Positions 48,926 through 57,311 of a stretch of 57,311 bases of DNA are shown here, piece by piece. Location of the stretch: the NCBI GenBank assembly GCA_018992565.1, contig JACVGW010000009.1, positions 1 through 57,311 on the forward strand, in the 5' to 3' direction. Under the pieces are notes generated by a model. That model did no database searches, was not told where the DNA came from, and was given only the letters and a program-made list of their open reading frames with translations. The position numbers and the translations under genes were made by a program. Every line of letters begins with the position of its first letter. Position 1 is the first letter of the stretch. Source of the DNA: Theionarchaea archaeon. Lineage in GTDB: Archaea; Methanobacteriota_B; Thermococci; Methanofastidiosales; SZ-28-30.

Positions 48926-50255
48926 GGTCCTCCCTCCGTGATCTATATAGATGGGGGACGACCACATTGAGAATTTCATGATATTCCAAGCAGAGAGGCC
49001 TGTCAAGTGACCCATATTTCTCCAGAGCTGCAAACCCACACCCCCCACCACATAAGAGAGCATACTTGCATTCTTTACATTCTGGAATGGTGAATATCGT
49101 TCTTTCTCTCCATTGACTGTATTTTTCATTCCACTTTAGTTCAGGATCGTACCTGCCGACTCTTCCAGCTTCGTCACCCACATGTTCAAAACAGACGTAG
49201 AGATCTCCGAAGGGATCATAAATAATCATGTCGTCGTTTGCCTCGCAGTACCAGAAGCGGGGAGCCCCTAATTCTCCCTTGAGGAAGAGCCTTTCAAGTA
49301 CTGCGATTCCTTTGTGGTCAAAAGAAACGGTGTTCAACTCTTGGTGAGAAGTTGCGTTGGAAACAACAGCCGTATACACATCCTTCCTTTGCATGGAATG
49401 CTTGTAAGTGCCACAGGTTTTCTCGAAGATAGGTGAGAAGTGCATGGAAAGGAGAGGATTATCCACCCATCCTTTTTTCCTGGCGAAATCTACTACTTCA
49501 GAGAGGGCACCAAGATTTTCACTATCAAGATTTGTCCTGAGAAAGACTCTCAGATTCTCCTTGAGTGCTGCGTCTATTCCAGCTGCAATCTGGTCAAAAG
49601 ATCCAGTACCATCCTTTCTTATTCGTCGTTTATCATGGAGGTTCTTTGGTCCGTCAATGGTGACCTGAAGGGTGACATTCCGGCCCCGCAGCAGGTCCAT
49701 ATACTGACATAGTGATACCCCATTTGTGAGTATGATGAAGGAATGTCCAAGCGATTCTCCCCTTTCCAGGATTTCTTCGACTGCCGGCATAGTTTTTTCC
49801 ATCAACGGCTCTCCACCATACAGGGCGATTCTACCTTTCTCAGTTCCATCAACTTCAGCAATGGCCTCGAATACCTTATCAATAAGTTCCTGACTGATGA
49901 CTGTGCTCAACCACTGGGTTCCTTTTTTCCGGAGATCTGAAAGAAAGCAGTATGGGCACACCAGGTTGCAATCATAGGTTGGAATGATCATATGTGTATG
50001 CAGGTTCTTCCTGTTTTCTGTAAACCTCTCATAGAGAGTTCGTATGTCTTCGAATTCCTCTTCAGGAGATGCTTGCGTTATATGTCCTCTCTCATGAAGG
50101 AAGTTGAGGATTGAAGGCTCCCCCTGGGAGAGGTCACTCTGAAGCAGGTTGATAACATCAGTGTCCACAACATCAACAGCTCCTGTTAAGGAATTGATGA
50201 GCAGGTATTCATCCTCATCTGCCTGTACTGCAATGCAGTATGTGCTCATTCTCAT
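48912..50255 (-). CDS. Radical SAM/SPASM peptide maturase with N-terminal RRE (rSAM-8)
   Basis: CNLVCPYC, YGGEP; SPASM 'WYC...DLYVC...CKECKYALLCGGGC...PLC'. ATG 50255 after AGGTGA. Confidence 0.9.
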   Translation of the reverse strand: MRMSTYCIAVQADEDEYLLINSLTGAVDVVDTDVINLLQSDLSQGEPSILNFLHERGHITQASPEEEFEDIRTLYERFTENRKNLHTHMIIPTYDCNLVCPYCFLSDLRKKGTQWLSTVISQELIDKVFEAIAEVDGTEKGRIALYGGEPLMEKTMPAVEEILERGESLGHSFIILTNGVSLCQYMDLLRGRNVTLQVTIDGPKNLHDKRRIRKDGTGSFDQIAAGIDAALKENLRVFLRTNLDSENLGALSEVVDFARKKGWVDNPLLSMHFSPIFEKTCGTYKHSMQRKDVYTAVVSNATSHQELNTVSFDHKGIAVLERLFLKGELGAPRFWYCEANDDMIIYDPFGDLYVCFEHVGDEAGRVGRYDPELKWNEKYSQWRERTIFTIPECKECKYALLCGGGCGFAALEKYGSLDRPLCLEYHEILNVVVPHLYRSRREDLAQT

Positions 50256-50264
50256 GATATTCAC
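50052..50264 (-). repeat. 213-bp inverted repeat, copy 2 (RBS plus RRE of rSAM-8)
   Basis: Reverse-complement match to 41600-41812. Confidence 0.92.
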
Positions 50265-50850
50265 CTTTTTCTTCATCCAGCCCGCACCAGTCCTACGGAA
50301 AAGACATTTACGAGGAGTTCTTTCATGAAAAGTCAACCTATTATTATCCTTGCAACAATAAACATCAGAGAATACTTATATGTATTTCCAGGGCACGAAA
50401 TGTATTTATTTTCTGGCAAAGGATCAAGAAGGGTTCCCTGTGATCTAATTCGTATCTCCACCTGGCATCCGTATTCACCTCCAGGTATGAGAAAGAAGTG
50501 CCAGGGCCCTATCCTTTCACTGCATGTTCCCGTCCCGGGGTCTGGAGGAGACAGTCTGATGTAGGACATGAGGCATATGAACAAGTTGTATTGTCACTAT
50601 CCTCATTGGTTCTGTTCGTGTGTTCAACTTGGATTCTTTCATTCTCAGGACGTAGTCCTCACACCCTTTGTGTGGAACTGCTCCCTTCTACAGCTCCCAC
50701 CTTTTCCAACCCCCCTTGCATGGGTTGTCCTTCTTCTATTGACATAGTTAGATTCTCATTCGATAAGTTTATAAGGTCTTGATAAGAATATTCTTAACGA
50801 ATGAGAATGATCTCACAAAACAGAATGTTTTAAAGGAGGACTGAGCGTTA

Positions 50851-51816
50851 ATGGATACAAGTAAAGAAGTCAGGAGGAGACATTACCGTGCGATCTACGA
50901 ACTTTTCTGGTCAGAGAACGCCCGAATCCACCTGAAGGATATTGCATCGAGACTCCGGGTCAATCCCCGTACGGCACGGAGAAGAGTAGAAGAAGCTTTT
51001 AGCCAGGGCTACGTTACAGGACCTCAGCTCAGGAAACGGTCATATGCGAATATGAAGGAATATGTTTGCTTCGTCAATTGTGAAAACCCCACTGAAGCAT
51101 ATCTCGATCTTAGCCAGGATGCAGCCGTTGTATATCACGCACGACTGGCAGGATTCGCCAGTTTATGGGTTAGTTCAACAAGAAAAGTGACCATTGATGG
51201 CACTCCCGTGATTAAAGGCCTGCGTTCAGACTATCATGTGTCATTTGCGCCCTATCGTTCATGGGAAAAGGCAATAGAAGTCATGCGGGGAAAGATTGAA
51301 TCCTTTCATCCAGAGTGTTATGAACCCACATCGCACATTAGCTCCCACTGGGATGAAACCATAACGTGGGATGAAGAAGATGAAAAGCTCTTTCGATACT
51401 TCGAGTCTGACTTGAGGAGGATTTTCGTACCTGTCATGAAGAAACATCTCATCAGCACAGGGAAAATCTACCAGTTCCTGGAAAGACTTCCTCAATGCTG
51501 TACTGTCACAACAAGCTTCTTTCCAGAGGGGATCTCAGCTTACGACCCTTATCTCTTTGTTTTTGGGACTGAATATGAGGATTTCATCGTTGATCTCTTT
51601 TCACAGATGCCGACATCAGCTTTCTTTTTCAAGGTCTCAGACATGCTCTTTCTTCATGCGCATGTAAAGAAGGACTTGATGAGATGCGAGGATTTGGGTG
51701 CTCCTAGCATACGTCAGCTGCCCATCCCGGGTCTCATCAGTGAACTCCTCAAGAAGGGAATCATTGAGAGTGAAGAACACGCTGTGGTTGAGTATCACTG
51801 GACAAAGAGTCTCTAG
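50851..51816 (+). CDS. ~320-aa winged-HTH putative transcription regulator, paralog B
   Basis: HTH 'NARIHLKDIASRLRVNPRTARRRV'; shares 'RKRSYANMKEY' and 'FPEGIS.YDPYLF.F.TEYEDFI.DLFSQ' with paralog A. Confidence 0.7.
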   Translation: MDTSKEVRRRHYRAIYELFWSENARIHLKDIASRLRVNPRTARRRVEEAFSQGYVTGPQLRKRSYANMKEYVCFVNCENPTEAYLDLSQDAAVVYHARLAGFASLWVSSTRKVTIDGTPVIKGLRSDYHVSFAPYRSWEKAIEVMRGKIESFHPECYEPTSHISSHWDETITWDEEDEKLFRYFESDLRRIFVPVMKKHLISTGKIYQFLERLPQCCTVTTSFFPEGISAYDPYLFVFGTEYEDFIVDLFSQMPTSAFFFKVSDMLFLHAHVKKDLMRCEDLGAPSIRQLPIPGLISELLKKGIIESEEHAVVEYHWTKSL

Positions 51817-51969
51817 CAGCCATGGTTTTACAGGGTACGGAGAGGTATGTACTAGACGGTTCAGGTACATGAGCATGAGTCCAGGTACCCGAACAAGAGG
51901 AGAGAACAGGTGAATGTTTATAAATGTCCTGTATTAAGGACGAGGAATGGAAAAATCGGTGGAAAAATC

Positions 51970-52584
51970 ATGACAGAGCAGATATTAGTAAAAGTCCTGG
52001 AAGATCCGAGACAGATAGAGCTGTTTGAGGATCCTCCCTACGGCCGCATCCTGGCTATCCTGCGGAATGGAGAACTCAACATAAAGGAGATACACAAGCG
52101 CTTCAATAAGAATTATGAGGACAAGAAAGCCCTTTCCTCTATCTACAGATATGTTGAGAAGCTGGTAGAACTGGACCTGGTTTATGTGAGCAAAGAAGTG
52201 AAAAAGAGGAAACATCTCACTGAAAGTTACTACTCAAGGACTGGTAAATTCTTTGTCTTTAGTGATAGAGATATTCTCAAGGCTGCAGCCGAACTACTCT
52301 CGCAAATGTATGGTCTCGATAAAGAGAAAGAACGAGAGCTTGAAGGACTCCTTGAGGAATATGATGGAAAAATATTGCGACACGACAGTGATTTCTACAG
52401 GGACTGTTCCCAGGCAATTCTTGAGATGGAAAAAGAATATGGATTCAAGATCCTTGCAGGGGCGACATATGTTATCCACCAGATACTTTATCCCAGGAAA
52501 TACCCTGAACTAGGCAAGGATGTATTTGAATTCCTTGAGAGTGCAGAAAATCCTTCAGCACTTCTTCCAGAGACGTCCACGTGA
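51970..52584 (+). CDS. ArsR-like winged-helix protein
   Basis: 'DPPYGRILAILRNGELNIKEI...SSIYRYVEKLVELDLV...ESYYSRTG'. Confidence 0.7.
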   Translation: MTEQILVKVLEDPRQIELFEDPPYGRILAILRNGELNIKEIHKRFNKNYEDKKALSSIYRYVEKLVELDLVYVSKEVKKRKHLTESYYSRTGKFFVFSDRDILKAAAELLSQMYGLDKEKERELEGLLEEYDGKILRHDSDFYRDCSQAILEMEKEYGFKILAGATYVIHQILYPRKYPELGKDVFEFLESAENPSALLPETST

Positions 52585-52783
52585 TCTCTACATGGAAATA
52601 TTACATTCTCAGTAGAGTGATGTCACCTTCAGGGCAGGAAGGCCAACTCAGGGAAGTTTACATCCAGCTCTGCCTCGTCTTTGATCCACTGATTGTTCTT
52701 TATATAATCGTCACTGCATTTCTTTTATTACGAGCCACAGCTGCTATGATGGTGTCAGATTTTCAGAGGATTGCCACCAAATT

Positions 52784-53662
52784 CTACGATATCCAGCTCA
52801 TGACACTGTCTTGAATTGACCACTCACCGTCCTCTTTGACAAGGAATACGTAATACCCTGCCCCGTATAGCCAGTCGCATTGTCCTCCCAGGTAGACGAC
52901 AGCTTTGTTCATATCAGAATTAAACCCTACCCGGGAAAAGGTGAGAATGCCCTGCGCGTCGGGATATCGCGAATAGAATTCGCTCCAGCCACCGGATTCC
53001 TGGAAAATCTCGCTGAATTCGTCTGGCTCAAGGAGGAGCACATCCTTCTGGATATCGAAGTTGTCCACAAGGGGATATGATTCTTCGTTCTTGTCAATGA
53101 AATCATCGATCATCTCCTGGGTGAGGGAGGGCATGTCGTCCCTCACCCATTCGAGAATGTCTAATAAGCCAGAGTCGCCGAACGTGTCTGGAGTGGTGTA
53201 CTTGTCAATCACAATCACTTCCACCTCATCATAGTCCCGAAAACAGGAAGCAATCATACCAAATCCCTTTTCGATCAGTGTACTGTATACATTGTACTCT
53301 TCTGCTAGTACTTCGTTTGTCGGAGACGGAGTAGAAGGTGGTGGAGGCGTATACCCACAGGACTCAGAATGTTCCTCAATGAGATGATCATATACGCATT
53401 CCCCATTTATGCAGGTCATTGCCCATAGTTCTGTCGAAATGCAGGCGTTCTCGCATACTACATCCCGACAGGGATCATATCCACAGCTTGGTGAATTTTC
53501 TTCCACAATTTGAGAGTCTACACATTCTCCATTAACGCATTCCTGTTTCCACAAGGTTTCTCCCCTGCACACATCACCACAGGTGACGTCCTTGCAGGGA
53601 TCCTGCCCAATGCATGAAAGCACCAATACGATAGAAATAATGAGCCCATACACATGTTTCAT
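52784..53662 (-). CDS. Putative lipoprotein with two 42-aa six-Cys repeats, a Pro linker and a C-terminal domain
   Basis: Lipobox 'LVLSC' after ATG 53662; repeats DPC..V.C...C....LW...C.NGECV....EE.S.SCGY. Confidence 0.7.
   Translation of the reverse strand: MKHVYGLIISIVLVLSCIGQDPCKDVTCGDVCRGETLWKQECVNGECVDSQIVEENSPSCGYDPCRDVVCENACISTELWAMTCINGECVYDHLIEEHSESCGYTPPPPSTPSPTNEVLAEEYNVYSTLIEKGFGMIASCFRDYDEVEVIVIDKYTTPDTFGDSGLLDILEWVRDDMPSLTQEMIDDFIDKNEESYPLVDNFDIQKDVLLLEPDEFSEIFQESGGWSEFYSRYPDAQGILTFSRVGFNSDMNKAVVYLGGQCDWLYGAGYYVFLVKEDGEWSIQDSVMSWIS
53351..53602 (-). repeat. Tandem 126-bp intragenic repeat (2 copies)
   Basis: DPCKDVTCGDVCRGETLWKQECVNGECVDSQIVEENSPSCGY / DPCRDVVCENACISTELWAMTCINGECVYDHLIEEHSESCGY. 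Confidence 0.85.
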
Positions 53663-53925
53663 GGTAATGGTAGTGCGTGGACTCATATAAAGGTTGCTGG
53701 CTCTTAACATATTCTTTTCCGCTTCTTCAGTGCACTGATCCAGGGAATCTCTTTTCATGCATTCCTGGCAGAACTGCCAGTTCTTCAACTGCGCATTTGA
53801 TTCTCAAAGCCTACATAGAAATCCTTTAGAACGTGCCAGTTGTCTTCAATGAATGCTGCAGGAAGAATGCAGTCCAGGGTTCTCTACAGAAGAGAAGAAA
53901 AATAGAATGAGAAAAAGAAGGAAAT

Positions 53926-54900
53926 TCATCTCTTCACAAGTAACCGCTTCATCATTCTCCCATGGATACGTGCGACAGCATTGAACAGATGAAGGCTTCC
54001 AGTCAGTAGCACAATCCCAATGACCGGGTATATGATAGTGTACGATGCAGTGCCGAACCATGCAAGACCAAGTTGTGCCCACGTATCTTCAAACAATTCA
54101 GTTGCTACAGGAACATACAGTATCTCGGGGAGTGGTGACACTGTCAGAGCTGTTGCTGCAGAGACTAGTACTGCAATCCCTGTAAAGTAGATGATCCCTA
54201 GAGGGAATATCAAGAACAGGCATCCTCCGGAGGTGTACAGTCTGGGGTCTCTGAGAATACTCGTCATTTTTCGCCATGTTGGTGTCGAAGTGAAGCCCCG
54301 TAGGTTCTTCAGGTCGTTCAGAGAATTTGCTATTTTCTGTCGAGTTGGTTCTGTTGTCATGAGCTTCCTCTTCTTTCGAGGCATTCGTATGCCCAGGAAA
54401 GCTTCACTTAGCCTCCCCTGGAACCATGAGAGTGCAAAAATGCTGAGGAGAAACAGAATTCCAAGAGGTATTCCCACTAATGTTATGACCAGTACCGCAA
54501 CCAGCATTGCAGCCACAGCAAGATACGAGAAGTAGGCGATACCGAGAGGGAATTGCAGCAACAGATATACCAGATTGAGATAGGTCTTGGGTTCCAGGTA
54601 AACACCGAATATCTGGTAGAGCAGAGAGCGCTTTTCCTTTTTGGTCGTATTTTCTCTTCCTTTCACTGGCTCCAATTTGCGGTACTCTTCAGCAATATCC
54701 AGAGGTGATCCGTACTCCTCAATAGCAAGGTTGAGGGCTTCCTGGTCAGGACTTTTCTTTCTGGATGTGATATCTTCTATACTGGATTCCAGGTGTTCTT
54801 CAGCATCATCAAGAGCGTCTGCAATTAGGGCAGGATCGAGCCCCTTTAAGGCGTGCTCCAAATCTTTCAGGTAGTGGTCGATGGATTCGTACTCACTCAT
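53926..54900 (-). CDS. HAAS-domain plus putative sensor-domain membrane protein
   Basis: N-term 'IDHYLKDL...DAEEHL...YGSP.DIA.EY' (HAAS), then TMs with 'YLLLQFPLGIAYF'; coupled to the PadR gene. Confidence 0.75.
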   Translation of the reverse strand: MSEYESIDHYLKDLEHALKGLDPALIADALDDAEEHLESSIEDITSRKKSPDQEALNLAIEEYGSPLDIAEEYRKLEPVKGRENTTKKEKRSLLYQIFGVYLEPKTYLNLVYLLLQFPLGIAYFSYLAVAAMLVAVLVITLVGIPLGILFLLSIFALSWFQGRLSEAFLGIRMPRKKRKLMTTEPTRQKIANSLNDLKNLRGFTSTPTWRKMTSILRDPRLYTSGGCLFLIFPLGIIYFTGIAVLVSAATALTVSPLPEILYVPVATELFEDTWAQLGLAWFGTASYTIIYPVIGIVLLTGSLHLFNAVARIHGRMMKRLLVKR

Positions 54901-55366
54901 TAGTCTCACCTCCCAGGATTTTTTCCACAAAATCTCTCGCACTGTACCAGGATTCCTTCCATATTTTCAGAGTTGCCTCTCCCTTGGCAGTTATCCAGTA
55001 ATATCTCCGAGCAGGACCGGAGTCTGATGCACGTATCTTGCTCTCCAGAAGCCCCTCTTTTTGCAGCATCCTCAATACAGGGTAGATAGTCCCCTGCTTC
55101 AACGTGACGTTCCCATTCTCTCTCGTTTCCATCTTCTTCCATATCAGGTAACCGTACAGGGGTTCTCTCGACGTGCTGATAATGGACAGGAGCACGAGTG
55201 AGATGATTCCTGAAATTAAGCTCTTTTCAAACTTTGGATCTCTTTCAGTTCTTTCTTCTTCCACTCTGTCATCTCCTGTCTTTTCCCCGCTCTTGTGCCC
55301 TGTCTCTGTTTCGTTTCTGGCTTGAGATCTAAAGGGTATTGTGGGATTCACTATATTGTATGTCAT
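54893..55366 (-). CDS. PadR family transcription regulator
   Basis: 'YGY.I', 'GTIYPVLRMLQKEGLL', 'GPARRYYWITAKG'; start may be downstream. Confidence 0.9.
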   Translation of the reverse strand: MTYNIVNPTIPFRSQARNETETGHKSGEKTGDDRVEEERTERDPKFEKSLISGIISLVLLSIISTSREPLYGYLIWKKMETRENGNVTLKQGTIYPVLRMLQKEGLLESKIRASDSGPARRYYWITAKGEATLKIWKESWYSARDFVEKILGGETNE

Positions 55367-55370
55367 TTAG

Positions 55371-55392
55371 TACTGTGTACAATACAATAGTA
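55371..55392. promoter_or_regulatory. Imperfect palindrome, candidate PadR operator
   Basis: TACTGTGTA-CAA-TACAATAGTA between the TATA box and the padR start. Confidence 0.35.
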
Positions 55393-55514
55393 TATAACCA
55401 TTTCGGTCTTGATCTCACGGTAGTTGATTGTACCATCAGGTGCTGCCTGATTTCAGAATGAATAGGCTGGTCATGGTAAAGAGCATATTCTTTCTTGAGA
55501 CGTCTCATTCATCG

Positions 55515-56267
55515 TTATTTTGTTGCCCAAATGCAGTATGTGCTGCTGTACTCTGATTTTCCATACATTCTTGCGTCTCTTTCTAGCTTCAGTATTTTCA
55601 TGCGGAATGCGCGGCTTAATTCATCGTCTTCGATGTTGGAAATGTAGTGAAGCATGTTTTCAATGTACTCTTCGAACGTATCGGATAATTCTCTCTCAGA
55701 GATTTTCTCATGGTAGACATCTTTGAATCCTGTGTCTCTCAAGGTCTCACAAACCCATTCAGGAGGTACTTCCTCATGATGGTGATCTCCAACTAGCTCA
55801 GCCACTGCCTTGTAGGTCCTCCAGGCATCCTGGGCAATTTCATCTGCTTTAGTTCTCACTGCAGCTGATTCGAGAGGGTAGTAATCAATGATGAGGAGAA
55901 TACCGCCCGGGTTGAGGACCCTGAAGAATTCTTTGAAGACCTGTTGTACCTTGAAAGGGGTCTCTGCAGGGATAGAGCTAATAGTGGAATGAGAGACAAT
56001 AGTATCAATGGAGGAGTCCTGCAGGAAATCCATACTGGCAAGGGTTCCCTTCACAACCTCAACTGGTGATGAAAGGTTGGCATCTTCAATCTTCTTTGTT
56101 GCACTATCTGCCGGATCTATGTCAACACTGATGACTTTTCCATTCGTTCTCTGTGCCAGTTCAAGAGTTACATTTCCTCCCCCCATTGCAGCATCAAGTA
56201 CTCTCAGATTATTGTTCTCAAGCTTCTGAAAGAGTTGATCCAGTACATTGACTATTTTTTCTTTCAC
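55515..56267 (-). CDS. Class I SAM-dependent methyltransferase
   Basis: 'VLDAAMGGG', 'SVDID', 'FFRVLNPGGILLIID'. Confidence 0.85.
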   Translation of the reverse strand: MKEKIVNVLDQLFQKLENNNLRVLDAAMGGGNVTLELAQRTNGKVISVDIDPADSATKKIEDANLSSPVEVVKGTLASMDFLQDSSIDTIVSHSTISSIPAETPFKVQQVFKEFFRVLNPGGILLIIDYYPLESAAVRTKADEIAQDAWRTYKAVAELVGDHHHEEVPPEWVCETLRDTGFKDVYHEKISERELSDTFEEYIENMLHYISNIEDDELSRAFRMKILKLERDARMYGKSEYSSTYCIWATK

Positions 56268-56420
56268 GTTTACACCACCGTATCGAAGGATTGACTAGTG
56301 AGAGGGGTTGCTGCTCTGGAGACACACTGCTGGGTTGGAGCATTTCTCGTCTCTGTGCATTCAATGGGCTGGCAGATAGTACTCATCACTAATTTTATGA
56401 TGTGTCATGAATATTCAAGT

Positions 56421-56834
56421 TTACTCGAGGATCTTTTTCATCCTTTCAAGGCTGGATTCCATATTTTTTTCCATTTCTTTTGAGATCTTGATCTTATCAA
56501 AAAGCTTCCCCAGGACCCCTGGAATATCATAGTCCATTACCATCTCAATTTCAGTTGCCTGCCCAGCAGGCTTGAGGCTCCAGGAGCCTGCAGCAACGAA
56601 GTCTCCCATGGATTTCCATGCGATCTTTTCGTTCTCAATATTTTCAGTCATTTCAGTATCAAATTCCATGGCTCTTCCCGCCATTTCCATTGTCCAGTGA
56701 GCTGTCTTGTCTCCTGTCATCTTGATCTCCTTGGCACCCTGCATGAACTTGGTATACCCTTCTATGTCAGAACAGAGAGCAAAGACTTTCTCTACAGGGG
56801 CCTTGACTTGTGAGGTCTTTTCAATTCTTGCCAA
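56421..56834 (-). CDS. SRPBCC/START-like (cyclase/dehydrase family) protein
   Basis: 'VKAPVEKVF...D.E.Y..FM', 'HW', 'IAWKS'; TTG start after GGAGGTGA. Confidence 0.85.
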   Translation of the reverse strand: MARIEKTSQVKAPVEKVFALCSDIEGYTKFMQGAKEIKMTGDKTAHWTMEMAGRAMEFDTEMTENIENEKIAWKSMGDFVAAGSWSLKPAGQATEIEMVMDYDIPGVLGKLFDKIKISKEMEKNMESSLERMKKILE

Positions 56835-57311
56835 TATATCACCTCCTTTTCTATGGTTCTGTTCTCTTTTCAGAAGAAGACTACAGTAAGCTTCTCTGTC
56901 TGCCTTCCAAGGATCAGGAGCAGCCAGAGTGACACTTCTTCCGCAATGAGATCTTGCAGTTCACAGCAAGAACCACTCTGACTGACATGGGCAGTCTTCT
57001 TTATAAGTTTTTGGGTTTTCTTTTCAAAATACTTCAATTCTCTAAAATAAGACCTTTTTATAGTGATTTGTATTTTGCGGATATGAATTATTAAGAATTT
57101 TGTTTCAAGTTGTCTTTTGACCTAAAATTAGAGCAGAAATTCTTCATTAAATCTGGATTCGCTTTATCTCTTTCGTAAATCTACCTGTTGACCTGTAGTG
57201 TTCTTGTAGCAAGAGTTTTTCAGTGATTGGAACAAAGAGTATGTGATGTAACCCTTCAGAAAGTCTCATAGACTATGTTGCATTATCTGCAGAGGAATTC
57301 TATGTGTGAAA

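Noticed and set aside
48926..49129. N-terminal extension of rSAM-7
   Set aside because: Overlaps the SPASM domain of rSAM-8 in another frame; a good RBS and TTG lie at 48925.
34266..50255. rSAMs as anaerobic sulfatase-maturating enzymes or PQQ/haem d1/mycofactocin enzymes
   Set aside because: No sulfatase, pqqBC, nir/ahb or mft genes in the window; RRE extensions, free PqqDs and adjacent Cys-rich peptides fit peptide maturases better.
50509..50745. Minus-strand frame with an in-frame TGA followed by C-x4-C-x4-C, a possible selenocysteine or fourth precursor
   Set aside because: No RBS, no leader similarity, no SECIS-like element seen; likely chance.
1..57311. CRISPR arrays, tRNA/rRNA genes, transposases, integrases
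   Set aside because: None recognised by eye; the island shows no mobility genes or clear att sites.

Overview
Archaeal genomic window with one 100-N gap. GGTGA/GGAGG Shine-Dalgarno sites, TATA promoters, TFS, eL13, FBP aldolase/phosphatase and DUF835 suggest a Theionarchaea/Methanofastidiosa-like lineage; this taxonomy is inference. The first ~31 kb is housekeeping and redox metabolism: cysS, a family B polymerase, a secreted Lon-like protease, fbp, a 2-oxoacid:ferredoxin oxidoreductase/peroxiredoxin/ferritin operon, rqc2 and hdrCBA-mvhD. The main signal is a ~19 kb RiPP-like island (32.6-51.8 kb). It has EIGHT radical SAM/SPASM enzymes in two classes, two stand-alone tandem PqqD/RRE proteins, a methyltransferase, a nitroreductase and two paralogous ~320-aa wHTH regulators. 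It also has three Cys-rich 49-55-aa precursor peptides that the ORF track misses (38944-39093 minus, 41108-41272 plus, 47242-47409 plus). Two precursors share a near-identical leader but have divergent cores. Two rSAMs share a near-identical N-terminal RRE, encoded by a 213-bp inverted repeat, on divergent catalytic domains. Eight promoters in the island share an A-tract/TATA architecture. All functional calls come from visual motif recognition; no searches were run.
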